From sequence record PZ534512.1: a stretch of 64,000 nucleotides of DNA; one strand, given 5' to 3'. The position numbers and the translations under genes are program-made. The stretch comes from a phage. Under the pieces are notes generated by a model, which saw only the letters and a list, made by a program, of their open reading frames with translations, ran no database searches and had not been told where the DNA came from. Positions 54,315 through 64,000 of this stretch are shown here, piece after piece. The stretch's first letter is position 1. The number at the start of each line of letters is the position of its first letter.

Positions 54315-54332
54315 GGGGACCTTTCGGTCCCC
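54315..54332. terminator. bidirectional hairpin between convergent genes
   Basis: ggggacctttcggtcccc between + ORF end 54308 and gene 54 stop 54337. Confidence 0.5.
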
Positions 54333-54336
54333 ATTG

Positions 54337-55302
54337 TTATATTGCTCCTAATATTTTACTTTGCGAATTGACAATTCCTGTCATAGTATTAATGTTTGAA
54401 ATGCTTCCAGCAGTTCCTCCTAATCTACTAAGTCGTGAAAGCGAATTAGATAATCCAGTAACACCTCCACTATTTCCGAGAACACTTTGAATGCCATTTA
54501 TAGCAGCAGATTCAAGCCACTCAAGCGCAGCTTGTCTATCAACCGACCCAGCCTGCATGACTCTATACGCAAAAGTAACATCAAATGTAGTTATTTGGTT
54601 ATCTCCATCATATGATAACTCAGGAGCGCTCACTGACACTGGAATGCATCCGGTGAACATCACTGCAGTATGAGGTAATCCATTACGAGCATGAAGATTA
54701 ACCTGAATATCTGCCTCGACATCTTGCGGCAAAGCACGCAGTCCAGTTACTGGGTCTTGAACAGCGTTAACCCAGTCTTGCATTGCACGATAGTTACAAG
54801 CTTCTGAATCCATTCTAAATGAAATAACCAAAGGGTCTAATTCTCTCCCAGTTATACGAATATTAGGAGAATTATAGTTCCAGTCAGTTTCATAGGATAA
54901 TCTATTCTCTGGCATTTTTACAGAATATATCATCAATCCAGATGAGTTATATGCCATATTAAAGAAGTCAATTAAATATGTACCAACTGTAAATGAGCCC
55001 AATAAACTTTGAACTGTACGTTGACTCATGGCACCAATAAGATATTTACTAACCCCTGATTTTCTTATCAGTTTTTGTGTGCCAGCAGTAATTAGCGTGG
55101 TAATTCCCTGATTAATATCGCCTTGAGACAATCCTAACCAGTCTGAATTTAGACCCAAGTTATTATAAGAAAAGTTGCTAATTGAACTTATCAACGAAGA
55201 GCTTTTAGTTGATGGAGTTGTCGCAAAAACGCAGCTAAACATATTATTACGCTGGAAATCTGCGTTTATTGCTTGATTATTAAATTCCTCTAAAGAATAC
55301 AT
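54337..55302 (-). CDS. 54: baseplate tail-tube initiator gp54
   Basis: 321 aa; size and order 54-48-29-28-27-51 as in T4. Confidence 0.8.
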   Translation of the reverse strand: MYSLEEFNNQAINADFQRNNMFSCVFATTPSTKSSSLISSISNFSYNNLGLNSDWLGLSQGDINQGITTLITAGTQKLIRKSGVSKYLIGAMSQRTVQSLLGSFTVGTYLIDFFNMAYNSSGLMIYSVKMPENRLSYETDWNYNSPNIRITGRELDPLVISFRMDSEACNYRAMQDWVNAVQDPVTGLRALPQDVEADIQVNLHARNGLPHTAVMFTGCIPVSVSAPELSYDGDNQITTFDVTFAYRVMQAGSVDRQAALEWLESAAINGIQSVLGNSGGVTGLSNSLSRLSRLGGTAGSISNINTMTGIVNSQSKILGAI

Positions 55303-56396
55303 TAAAAAGTCCCCGCATATAAAGAAGCACGGTTTAACGTGATAATTTCTCTCATAGTAATCTCAAGAGTAAATGTACTAGGGAGGTTTGGAGCAATAGC
55401 TAATCCGTTAAAGTTACCATTAGGTGTTTTATCAAATCTGATGCTCTGTATTTGACATGGGCCAAATATTTCCGTTTTTCCATCAAACTTAGACGTTGCA
55501 CCAAAGTTTTTCACCATCCAAATTGTCGGGTTTGAAACTACTAGAACGTTAGTTAAACTCGATGTCATTTTCTCAAATAGTGTTTTATTTTTAGCTGCGT
55601 CTTCCGGAGATAAAGGTTCAATTAATGTAGAACGATACCAATCATCTAAATACCCCTTTATTTCAGCAGCATATTGAGATTTGCCCGTTTCACCATAAGA
55701 AAAATAGTTAAAATATTGATAGATATTAATAATAGCCATCAAATCTTCTGTTGAACGTGGAGTCAAATCCCATGTAAACACTTTAGTTCTATTCTCAGCA
55801 CCGCCATACATACTTCTGGCTGTCGTATAAATCTGTTCATTATTATCAGCCATTATACCTTGTGTTATACTTTCCAGTGCCCCAAATACTGCAGTTGAAG
55901 CAATATTACTTAACACACCAGTAGCAGTACCTCCGCCTCTGCTGATAAGACTTTCTTGAACATCATTAAATCTATGTGATGATGTATCAACGTCAGATTT
56001 AGATCTCGGTAAAAGAATGTTTGCGACAGGAGCTTTACTTATTGTTCCTGAATTATTGTTTGATATTAATCCATTTGATAGTTTTGATACTGTACTACTA
56101 ATAGTGTTTCTAGCTGTACTTAAAATACTCGAAGATGAAGAAGAGTAGTTAGATCTCATCGATCTAAGACTTCCAGAATCCCTAGATGACATATTGTATG
56201 CAGTAAATAATAATCCATTCTTATATAGATCTGTTACCTGGAAGTCCCCTGTGGTGTCATTACCACTAGCACGCCCAGTTGGAAACTGGGCGGTGTATGT
56301 TTTAGTTGCTACTTCTGATTTAGTACTCTGTCCGGCTGAAATTTTCTCACCGGACTTTTTAATTAAATCAGCAGTTATTTCTTTAACAATTGCCAT
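55302..56396 (-). CDS. 48: baseplate tail-tube cap gp48
   Basis: 364 aa, position. Confidence 0.8.
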   Translation of the reverse strand: MAIVKEITADLIKKSGEKISAGQSTKSEVATKTYTAQFPTGRASGNDTTGDFQVTDLYKNGLLFTAYNMSSRDSGSLRSMRSNYSSSSSSILSTARNTISSTVSKLSNGLISNNNSGTISKAPVANILLPRSKSDVDTSSHRFNDVQESLISRGGGTATGVLSNIASTAVFGALESITQGIMADNNEQIYTTARSMYGGAENRTKVFTWDLTPRSTEDLMAIINIYQYFNYFSYGETGKSQYAAEIKGYLDDWYRSTLIEPLSPEDAAKNKTLFEKMTSSLTNVLVVSNPTIWMVKNFGATSKFDGKTEIFGPCQIQSIRFDKTPNGNFNGLAIAPNLPSTFTLEITMREIITLNRASLYAGTF

Positions 56397-56404
56397 ATTA
56401 TTCC

Positions 56405-58177
56405 TTAATTAACTCCAGTCGCATCAAATACACCAGGAGCAGTCGTGCTCGTTACGGGTGTCATATTATGAACGACAGTATTTTTCTTAATAACATTATT
56501 AGTATTATTGATTGAAGGAGATGCTTGTTGAGCAGGAGCTTGCTGTGCTTTGTTCTTTTCTATTACCTGGACTTGTTTTGCTTCTGGCGATTTAGCAGAA
56601 GTTTCAGGCTTGGCATTAGGCTGATTTTTCTTGAGCTCTTGATAAGTAGCATCAATTTTAGAAAATCTAGCAGCAAGTTCTTTTTTAACTGCCGGTGAAT
56701 TATTTAAATCCGGGTCATCCATTCGTTTTTTAAGGTCTTCATAGGCAGCTTCAACTGATTTAACCGTTGAGTCTTTACTCATATCAGCCGAATCAGCGTA
56801 TTTTTCAAAACGAATCATCGCGGCACGAGCTTCATTAGCTTTCATTAAAGCATTTTTTCTTTCTTCAGGTGAAAGTTGCTTTAATTTTTCTTCTTCTGCT
56901 GCGCGTTCTTCATCGGTTGTCAATGCTTCTTTATTATCAACGCCACGAATCCAGTTAGATGCACGGGTTTTCCAATTAGCAATTTTATCTAATCCTTTTG
57001 CTATTGGACCAAGATCGTCATTCATTCGTTTATCTTGATAATTTGCTACTTTTTCTTGGTCTTCTTTATTGAGAGATGCTCCAGTAGAATTTTGGAAATT
57101 TTCCAGCGCTCTTCCTTCTACTTCATCAGCGGTATCCTTCATACCAGGAATAACTCGAAGAATTGCTGCTGATAATTTAGCCATTCCAAGCTGAATAAGT
57201 TCTCCTAAATTATAAAGAACCTTTCCAAGCCCTTCTACAATAGCTACCGTCAAACCACCCCAATCTCCCGCTTCCCAGAATTTTTTAATTTCATCGATAG
57301 AACTAAAGATGCTCTGTAATAAAGGACCCCATGTTCCCGTTTCACTAGAGAATTTAGTAAAGTCTGTACTAAATAAATCCCATGCCTGTGAAAATTTATC
57401 TGACCAATATTTGAAATGAACCATCAACAGATCTATTCCAACAACAACAGCCAATATCATTGCAGTCATTTTAGCAGCTTCAATAGCAGCACTGACGGTA
57501 TACTTAAATAGCATGCTTGATATTTTATCAGTAATTGAAATGGATTTCTTAAATCCGAAATCAACAGTCTTTGTTAATTTATCTAAAGCTTGAGATAATT
57601 TTAAGTTAAATGCTTCTTTTTTCTGTTTTTCTTCTGGCGATTCTTGTTTGGGTTCAACTGGCTGAGGGGTAGGGAAAAAATCAGCATCAGGATCATTATT
57701 AACTGCTTCAGGAGCTGGTAATAAAGGACCAACAGATTCAGCTGTATCATCCTCAACGACTTTAACAGGAATAGCGCTTTCAACCGTAGCTAAACTAGTT
57801 CCTGTTTGTTGAATTCCAGCTGTCTGGATTTTTTGCTCGAGTAAACTCGTTAATTTATCTAATTTACTTCCGAGTGATTCACCGATTTCTTTATTAATAT
57901 TGTTGCCAATTTCGACAGTTTCAGCAATTAACTCAGAACCAGCAGTAGTATCACTCACTGCGCTTTCTACACTGTCAATTGCTCCAATTATTTCATTCGA
58001 TTTTTCTTCGACAGTTTGAGCAATTAATTCAGAAGCAGCTTGAGCATCATCCAATTTCGTAGATATATCGTTAAGTCCAGATAGAGTATTGGAAGCGGAT
58101 TTAGCCGCTTCCTGTGTTGGTTTATTATCTGAAATAACTTTTCTACGCATCGTTTGCATTTCTTGTGGCTTTTTCAT
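56405..58177 (-). CDS. 29: baseplate hub / tail length determinant gp29
   Basis: 590 aa, position. Confidence 0.82.
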   Translation of the reverse strand: MKKPQEMQTMRRKVISDNKPTQEAAKSASNTLSGLNDISTKLDDAQAASELIAQTVEEKSNEIIGAIDSVESAVSDTTAGSELIAETVEIGNNINKEIGESLGSKLDKLTSLLEQKIQTAGIQQTGTSLATVESAIPVKVVEDDTAESVGPLLPAPEAVNNDPDADFFPTPQPVEPKQESPEEKQKKEAFNLKLSQALDKLTKTVDFGFKKSISITDKISSMLFKYTVSAAIEAAKMTAMILAVVVGIDLLMVHFKYWSDKFSQAWDLFSTDFTKFSSETGTWGPLLQSIFSSIDEIKKFWEAGDWGGLTVAIVEGLGKVLYNLGELIQLGMAKLSAAILRVIPGMKDTADEVEGRALENFQNSTGASLNKEDQEKVANYQDKRMNDDLGPIAKGLDKIANWKTRASNWIRGVDNKEALTTDEERAAEEEKLKQLSPEERKNALMKANEARAAMIRFEKYADSADMSKDSTVKSVEAAYEDLKKRMDDPDLNNSPAVKKELAARFSKIDATYQELKKNQPNAKPETSAKSPEAKQVQVIEKNKAQQAPAQQASPSINNTNNVIKKNTVVHNMTPVTSTTAPGVFDATGVN

Positions 58178-58707
58178 TCAAATAATCCAATAATATTACC
58201 AATTCCAGTTATTGGACCATTAGGGCCAGGAATTGCTAAAGTTGTAAAAATATCATTTGCCCATTTTAAAACGAATGCTGGCATCTCAAGAAAATTAATT
58301 TCTTTAACTTCATCATTGACCTTAAGCAAGCATTTGGATAACATATCGCTCACCGTTAAAAATTGTTCAAATTTTCCAGGAGGTCTAAAATAAAATGTAT
58401 TTCCTTGGTATTGAAATTCTAATCTTTGGCACACATAAACATCATTAATGTCATAAGTATAACCATCTATTTCTTTACGAGATTTAATCTTTCCATTAAA
58501 TTCCAATAAATGAATAGAAACAAAATCAACTTCTGCTGGTGATAAATTCGGACAAATAGAATCAATAAGAAGTTTTAAATTTTCATCAGGACCTTTAACA
58601 TCTTTTAAAATGTTATAATGTTTAAGACCCATTTTAGGAATAGAAACTTCTTTATTGCTTATTGGAAGAACTACTTTCTTCAGTGGTAGTATCAGATTTA
58701 AATTCAT
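58174..58707 (-). CDS. 28: baseplate hub distal subunit gp28
   Basis: 177 aa, position. Confidence 0.78.
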   Translation of the reverse strand: MNLNLILPLKKVVLPISNKEVSIPKMGLKHYNILKDVKGPDENLKLLIDSICPNLSPAEVDFVSIHLLEFNGKIKSRKEIDGYTYDINDVYVCQRLEFQYQGNTFYFRPPGKFEQFLTVSDMLSKCLLKVNDEVKEINFLEMPAFVLKWANDIFTTLAIPGPNGPITGIGNIIGLFE

Positions 58708-59827
58708 TTTTAACCTTAACTGGGTCTATTGTTTCCAGTTTCGTTGCATTAGTGAACATATATAGATGAGTTACTGAATTATTATTGGATAATTCATGGA
58801 TAACTTCATCAACGTAAAATTCTGTTTTAAATTGGTTTTTACTATCATTAAAAATAATTTTAACGCCAGGAGTCAAGTTAAAATTACCGACAGTAGAACA
58901 TTTAGCATAGCCATCGTATTGTGCCATAGTTTGAAGACGAATAGCTTCTTCATATCCATTCCTATAAGTCATTTCAGAATAAGCACCTGACCTTGACACT
59001 ACAATAGAGTTTTCTCCCTTTCCTGTAGTAATCATTGGCAATGAAGAATCTAAAAATGAATGAGCATAAATAGTAGCATTTTTCATTGGGTCGCGTTTGT
59101 GAGGATTCGATTTAGTCAACCAAACGAAATCATATGCTAATGGATATTTTAATTCTTGGATGAATTGACCTATTAAAGATGGCTCACCGACAATCATTGG
59201 ATACGGTTCTTGATTTATCATCATATCATAGTCCATCATGTTAACTCCCATGATGTCTTGCCACACAAATACAAATTTGTCACTTCCTACAGCTAGAGCA
59301 ACTTCCCTGACATACGACAAATAGTTTTCAAATGTGCTAGTCCATGGAATATCAGGAACATAAGCATTTATAGCATTTATTGCTGGAGTTAATAACGTGC
59401 GATCCTGATAAATGACGCCAAGCATTTCCTTTATAGATTCACCTGCATCAGAGAAAAACGGTCTGCCAAATTTAAGATTTTCTATGGAATGAATAGTTCC
59501 CAATTCAATAGCAATGATGTTATCACCTTTTGAATCTACAGATACAGAAAAATGCTTACATCCATAAATTCGTGTTTTAACATTATTAATATCGTTTGCA
59601 TTAGCTACAGAAATCTGAATTATTTCATTTCCATCCATTTTTGTATGGATATTTTTAGAATCATAAAACTGCAGCATTCCTTCATTTCGGCCATAAAGAG
59701 AATCCCGCATAGTTAATGTGGTAATAGTAGCAGCTAATTCAACAAATCTATTATTACTCCAAGCGTCGTAGCTATCAAATAATTTAACGCTGAGATTTGG
59801 ATATCCTGGGCGTTGCAACATACTCAT
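58652..59827 (-). CDS. 27: baseplate hub subunit gp27
   Basis: 391 aa, position. Confidence 0.82.
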   Translation of the reverse strand: MSMLQRPGYPNLSVKLFDSYDAWSNNRFVELAATITTLTMRDSLYGRNEGMLQFYDSKNIHTKMDGNEIIQISVANANDINNVKTRIYGCKHFSVSVDSKGDNIIAIELGTIHSIENLKFGRPFFSDAGESIKEMLGVIYQDRTLLTPAINAINAYVPDIPWTSTFENYLSYVREVALAVGSDKFVFVWQDIMGVNMMDYDMMINQEPYPMIVGEPSLIGQFIQELKYPLAYDFVWLTKSNPHKRDPMKNATIYAHSFLDSSLPMITTGKGENSIVVSRSGAYSEMTYRNGYEEAIRLQTMAQYDGYAKCSTVGNFNLTPGVKIIFNDSKNQFKTEFYVDEVIHELSNNNSVTHLYMFTNATKLETIDPVKVKNEFKSDTTTEESSSSNKQ

Positions 59828-60576
59828 TATTGTTTATCCTTCTCAATCAGTTTTAATACGAATCCGCGCTCAGCAGGAATCATTTTCATTATTGAATTTA
59901 AGCTATAATTACTTTTTACGAGCGTGTGATTGATTTGATAAAAAGTAAATATTTCATCTGGGTTAACTAATAGCTTAAACACATCTACTATATCAGTGTA
60001 TTTTTTTACATACTTATTACAACATGACATATGCAATGTTAAATTAATAGGATTCATTGCATCGAGAATTTTTTCTAATGTTTCTATCTCGATGGCATCA
60101 ACAAGTTCTATTTGACTCGATTCGCTAATTTCCTTCCAATCATACCACATTTCATCTACTTGAACAGAATGAATATTTTCAGTAATCATCTTTGCTTTAT
60201 TTTCATAAAACTCAGAAGGAAACTTTAATTTAATTTTAACATTAGCTACATCAAAAACAGGTTCCTTTAATTCTTTTTGATATATTTCAAATGGAACTGT
60301 CTTTTCTTTTTTACATTTTGGACATACAAATGTGACAGGTACTTTAGTTTTACCTATTGACCCTACAAATACCTGCAAAAATATAAATGGTTGCCAAGTC
60401 TTCGGATAGTCTCCAAAATAATCGGCAATTAAATCAGCAATTATTTCTTTTTGTTCTTGTGGTGACCGATGTTCTATATCGTTTCGAACTAACAAAAAAT
60501 CTCGATAATCTTCTACCGTAAATGGTTTAAAACGATGAACACCATCTGGTAATTTACAACGAATAATGTTTGCCAT
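59827..60576 (-). CDS. 51: baseplate hub assembly catalyst gp51
   Basis: 249 aa, position. Confidence 0.78.
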   Translation of the reverse strand: MANIIRCKLPDGVHRFKPFTVEDYRDFLLVRNDIEHRSPQEQKEIIADLIADYFGDYPKTWQPFIFLQVFVGSIGKTKVPVTFVCPKCKKEKTVPFEIYQKELKEPVFDVANVKIKLKFPSEFYENKAKMITENIHSVQVDEMWYDWKEISESSQIELVDAIEIETLEKILDAMNPINLTLHMSCCNKYVKKYTDIVDVFKLLVNPDEIFTFYQINHTLVKSNYSLNSIMKMIPAERGFVLKLIEKDKQ

Positions 60577-60593
60577 AGATGCTCCTTTTATTC

Positions 60594-60605
60594 TATTTAT
60601 AAATA
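60594..60605. promoter_or_regulatory. back-to-back late promoters (TATTTATAAATA) for gene 51 (-) and gene 26 (+)
   Basis: overlapping tatttata and tataaata in divergent intergenic region. Confidence 0.5.
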
Positions 60606-60626
60606 TGATAAATAAAGGAGCTAAAT

Positions 60627-61253
60627 ATGTATGAATACAAATTTGACGTGAGAGTTGGTTCTAAAATAATCAACTGCCGCGCATTTACTCTTAAAGAATA
60701 TCTAGAACTTATTACTGCTAAAAAGAACGGTTCAGTAGAAGAGATCGTTAAAAAGCTAATCAAAGAATGCACAAATGCAAAAGATTTAAACCGCCAAGAA
60801 TCAGAACTACTGCTGATTCATTTATGGGCACATTCTCTTGGAGAAGTTAATCACGAAAACTCCTGGAAGTGCACCTGTGGAACTGAAATACCAACCCATA
60901 TAAATCTATTACATACACAAATAGATGCACCAGAAGACCTCTGGTATACACTGGGTGACATTAAAATTAAGTTCCATTACCCTAAAATTTTTGATGATAA
61001 AAATATAGCCCACATGATAGTATCATGTATAGAAACGATTCATGCTAACGGGGAAAGCATTCCAGTTGAAGACTTAAATGAAAAAGAACTGGAAGATTTA
61101 TATTCTATCATCACAGAGTCAGATATTGTAGCTATAAAAGATATGCTTTTAAAGCCTACTGTTTATTTGGCTGTTCCAATTAAGTGTCCAGAGTGTGGAA
61201 AAACTCACGCTCATGTAATAAGAGGACTCAAAGAATTCTTTGAGCTATTGTAA
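60627..61253 (+). CDS. 26: baseplate hub subunit gp26
   Basis: 208 aa, position. Confidence 0.8.
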   Translation: MYEYKFDVRVGSKIINCRAFTLKEYLELITAKKNGSVEEIVKKLIKECTNAKDLNRQESELLLIHLWAHSLGEVNHENSWKCTCGTEIPTHINLLHTQIDAPEDLWYTLGDIKIKFHYPKIFDDKNIAHMIVSCIETIHANGESIPVEDLNEKELEDLYSIITESDIVAIKDMLLKPTVYLAVPIKCPECGKTHAHVIRGLKEFFELL

Positions 61254-61651
61254 TGGCAAATATTAATAAGCTTTATTCTGACATTGACCCAGAAATGAAA
61301 ATGGATTGGGACAAAGATGTTTCAAGATCTCTTGGATTAAGGTCAATTAAAAATAGCCTTTTAGGAATTATTACAACCAGGAAAGGGTCAAGGCCATTTG
61401 ACCCAGAATTTGGATGTGATTTATCTGATCAGCTTTTTGAGAATATGACTCCTCTTACTGCTGATACTGTTGAGCGTAACATTGAAAGCGCAGTAAGAAA
61501 CTACGAGCCGCGTATTGATAAATTAGCAGTTAATGTAATACCGGTTTATGATGATTATACTCTAATAGTAGAAATACGCTTTTCAGTCATCGATAACCCT
61601 GATGATATTGAGCAGATAAAACTGCAACTGGCTTCTAGTAACAGAGTATAA
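61253..61651 (+). CDS. 25: baseplate wedge protein gp25
   Basis: 132 aa, [54 protein letters not shown]. Confidence 0.9.
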   Translation: MANINKLYSDIDPEMKMDWDKDVSRSLGLRSIKNSLLGIITTRKGSRPFDPEFGCDLSDQLFENMTPLTADTVERNIESAVRNYEPRIDKLAVNVIPVYDDYTLIVEIRFSVIDNPDDIEQIKLQLASSNRV

Positions 61652-61677
61652 TGCTTCACGTATAAACGTGGTATAAT
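61652..61677 (+). promoter_or_regulatory. MotA-dependent middle promoter upstream of uvsY (oriF region)
   Basis: MotA-box-like aatgcttca about 20 nt upstream of tataat (61672-61677). Confidence 0.5.
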
Positions 61678-61717
61678 GAATCTAAGTCCATCCAATAACA
61701 ATTGAATAGAGAACAAT

Positions 61718-62131
61718 ATGAAATTAGAAGATCTTCAAGAAGAATTGAAGAAAGATGTGTTTATAGATTCGACTAAATTACAGTATGAAGCAGCTAATAA
61801 TGTGATGTTATATAGTAAATGGCTCAATAAGCATTCAAGTATTAAAAAGGAAATGCTTAGAATTGATGCACAGAAAAAAGTTGCTCTTAAAGCTAAATTA
61901 GACTACTACTCGGGACGAGGAGATGGTGATGAATTTAGTATGGACCGTTATGAGAAATCAGAAATGAAGACAGTTCTATCAGCTGATAAGGATGTTTTAA
62001 AAGTTGATACTTCATTACAATATTGGGGAATTTTATTGGATTTCTGTAGCGGAGCTCTTGATGCTATTAAATCACGCGGATTTGCTATTAAGCATATTCA
62101 AGACATGCGAGCATTTGAGGCTGGAAAATAA
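61718..62131 (+). CDS. uvsY: recombination mediator UvsY
   Basis: 137 aa, MKLEDLQEELKKDVFIDSTKLQYEAANNVMLYSKWLNK... Confidence 0.92.
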   Translation: MKLEDLQEELKKDVFIDSTKLQYEAANNVMLYSKWLNKHSSIKKEMLRIDAQKKVALKAKLDYYSGRGDGDEFSMDRYEKSEMKTVLSADKDVLKVDTSLQYWGILLDFCSGALDAIKSRGFAIKHIQDMRAFEAGK

Positions 62132-62355
62132 TGAGATATAGCATTGATGATGCTTTTAATTATGAAGAAGAATTCGAAACGGAAATTCAATTCTTAATGA
62201 AAAAGTATAATCTCAAGCGTCAGGATATTCGTATCCTGGCCGACCACCCATGCGGTGAAGATGTACTTTATGTTAAAGGAAAATTTGCTGGATATCTTGA
62301 TGAATATTTTTATTCTAAAGATATGGGCATTGATATGCATATGAGAGTTATATAA
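62131..62355 (+). CDS. hypothetical protein
   Basis: 74-aa ORF, ATGA-coupled to uvsY. Confidence 0.55.
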   Translation: MRYSIDDAFNYEEEFETEIQFLMKKYNLKRQDIRILADHPCGEDVLYVKGKFAGYLDEYFYSKDMGIDMHMRVI

Positions 62356-62358
62356 ATA
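62351..62358 (+). promoter_or_regulatory. late promoter TATAAATA
   Basis: exact tataaata upstream of small ORF at 62384. Confidence 0.45.
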
Positions 62359-62383
62359 GATATATAATTTAGAGGAGACAATC

Positions 62384-62551
62384 ATGTCAGATAAGATTTG
62401 CGTTGTCTGTAAAACTCCAATCGATTCTGCATTGGTTGTTGAAACAGACAAAGGTCCTGTACATCCTGGGCCTTGTTATAATTACATTAAAGAACTACCA
62501 GTTTCAGAAAGTTCGGAAGAACAATTAAATGAAACACAACTTTTGCTATAG
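62384..62551 (+). CDS. small Cys-containing protein (55 aa)
   Basis: MSDKICVVCKTPIDS...GPCYNY after gaggag RBS; below track cutoff. Confidence 0.4.
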   Translation: MSDKICVVCKTPIDSALVVETDKGPVHPGPCYNYIKELPVSESSEEQLNETQLLL

Positions 62552-62606
62552 TGTGACCTTTAGTCTATAGTTTTGGCCCTTCCTTTTTGGTTGGGCCTTT
62601 TTTAAT

Positions 62607-62837
62607 TTAAAAGCTTTCTTCTACATCATCGTCTGAATCTTCTAATTCAGCTCTTTTTCCTGCCAAAGCATCTCTGACAGAGATGTCATCAGTATCTTTT
62701 AATTCAGTTTCTTTAACTCTTTTCTTGTAATAAGCTTCAAGTTCTTCTAGACCTTCTATCGTTTGACAAGAGGCAATTTTACCCATAAATTCATCAATAG
62801 AAGCTTCATAAAGAAATTGTTTAAATTCTAGTAACAT
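62607..62837 (-). CDS. UvsW.1 small acidic protein
   Basis: 76 aa from ATG 62837 (track uses upstream TTG); directly downstream of uvsW. Confidence 0.6.
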   Translation of the reverse strand: MLLEFKQFLYEASIDEFMGKIASCQTIEGLEELEAYYKKRVKETELKDTDDISVRDALAGKRAELEDSDDDVEESF

Positions 62838-62862
62838 CTTTTTCTCCAAAGGGCCGAAGCCC

Positions 62863-64000
62863 TTATAAATTAACTGTTTTCATTACGTAATTAAATTTTT
62901 CATCTGCATAGCGCTGAATACGATCAATGCCGTGTTTTAAAAGATAGTTCAAATGAACGTATTTCTTTTTCGTATTAGCAGATTTTGGCTTAACACCGCA
63001 ATCATCTATGAGGTCCCAGACTGTTGCGATTGTTTTAGAACCGTGCTTACGTAATACGCGACCTATTGTTTGCAATACAATAATTTTAGATTTAACACCG
63101 TGTGCTAAAACAACGTGATGCAGATTTTTAACTGAAATACCAGTAGAAAATACACCATAACTAGCTACTATAATTATTCCTTTACCGTTTTCAGCTAAGG
63201 TTTTCATTATATTGCGGGTTTCGGTATCAACTTCCCCTGATACGTAATAAACTTTATCGTATTCATTTTTAATTAAATCGAAAATAGCTTTACCGTGCGA
63301 TACGTGTTTAAACATGACAAAAGCGTTTTCATCTTTTTGCGCAAGCTTAATAGCTAATTTAGCGATCCATTTATTTCTTTTACTGAGTCCAGTAATAATT
63401 TTTATTTCTTCTTGGTAAGTTTTTCCCTTTAATTTAGTAGTGAACTCATCGGGATAGCGAAGAAAAATACTATTAATTTTTAACTCAGTTACTTGTCCAT
63501 CTTCCATTAATTTAGAGGTCGTTACTGGCTTAAATATTTCACCAAACATTCCAACATACTGCATGATATTAGCTTTGCCATCACGTAATGAACCAGACAA
63601 ACCAAATTTGAACATGCAGTTATTTAAACCTGATATGATAGATGAAATACTTTTTCCTGTAGCAAGATGGCATTCATCATTCATCATCATTCCAAACTGT
63701 GAGAACCATTCTTTCGGTTGTTTTACTACAGTTTGCCATGTACCAACAACGACTGGTGCATCATTTTTATATTTATCATCTTTTGATGCTCCACCGCCGA
63801 TTTTCTTTATCATTGCATGACTGAATAAACGATAGTCAACAAAGTCATCAGCCATCTGAGTTGTCAGAGCAGTTGTTGGAACAATGATAAGAATTTTACC
63901 TTCATAATTTTCCAAATAATACCGAGCGAGCAAAGCTTGAATTAACGATTTACCAGCGGATGTTGGAAGATTAAGAATTCTACGACGATTAACTAATCCT
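62863..64000 (-). CDS. uvsW: UvsW SF2 helicase, 5'-partial (continues beyond window end)
   Basis: frame open to window edge with Walker A PTSAGKS at 63950-63970; motif II NDECH. Confidence 0.88.
   Translation of the reverse strand, partial: GLVNRRRILNLPTSAGKSLIQALLARYYLENYEGKILIIVPTTALTTQMADDFVDYRLFSHAMIKKIGGGASKDDKYKNDAPVVVGTWQTVVKQPKEWFSQFGMMMNDECHLATGKSISSIISGLNNCMFKFGLSGSLRDGKANIMQYVGMFGEIFKPVTTSKLMEDGQVTELKINSIFLRYPDEFTTKLKGKTYQEEIKIITGLSKRNKWIAKLAIKLAQKDENAFVMFKHVSHGKAIFDLIKNEYDKVYYVSGEVDTETRNIMKTLAENGKGIIIVASYGVFSTGISVKNLHHVVLAHGVKSKIIVLQTIGRVLRKHGSKTIATVWDLIDDCGVKPKSANTKKKYVHLNYLLKHGIDRIQRYADEKFNYVMKTVNL

Overview
This window is a contiguous ~64 kb segment of a T4-like (T-even, Tequatrovirus-type) coliphage genome, reverse-complemented relative to the usual T4 map. 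All calls rest on reading the six-frame translations and on recalled T4 protein sequences, motifs and gene order; no database search was run. Gene order on the + strand: motB region, topoisomerase gene 39, rIIA, rIIB, denB, ndd, stp, ac, gene 52, motA, asiA. On the - strand: holin t and tail-fibre genes 38-37-36-35-34. Back on +: rnh, dsbA, 33, 59, 32, frd, td, nrdA, nrdB, denA, rnlA, alc, pseT, cd, 31, rIII, DNA ligase 30, two alt-type genes. Then baseplate genes 54-48-29-28-27-51 (-), 26-25, uvsY (+) and uvsW.1/uvsW (-, truncated by the window edge). I found no tRNA, CRISPR array, integrase or transposase. The most striking observation is a perfect 127-bp tandem duplication inside tail-fibre gene 37 that breaks its reading frame. 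Other points: two tandem Alt-type ADP-ribosyltransferase paralogs, a GC-rich NADAR-like ORF, the genome lacks the mobile elements T4 carries (gene 60 bypass, td and nrdB introns, segG, mobE), extra ORFs around td, and a duplicated promoter/hairpin cassette. I did not find a clearly novel multi-gene system; the findings are anomalies within a well-known phage backbone.
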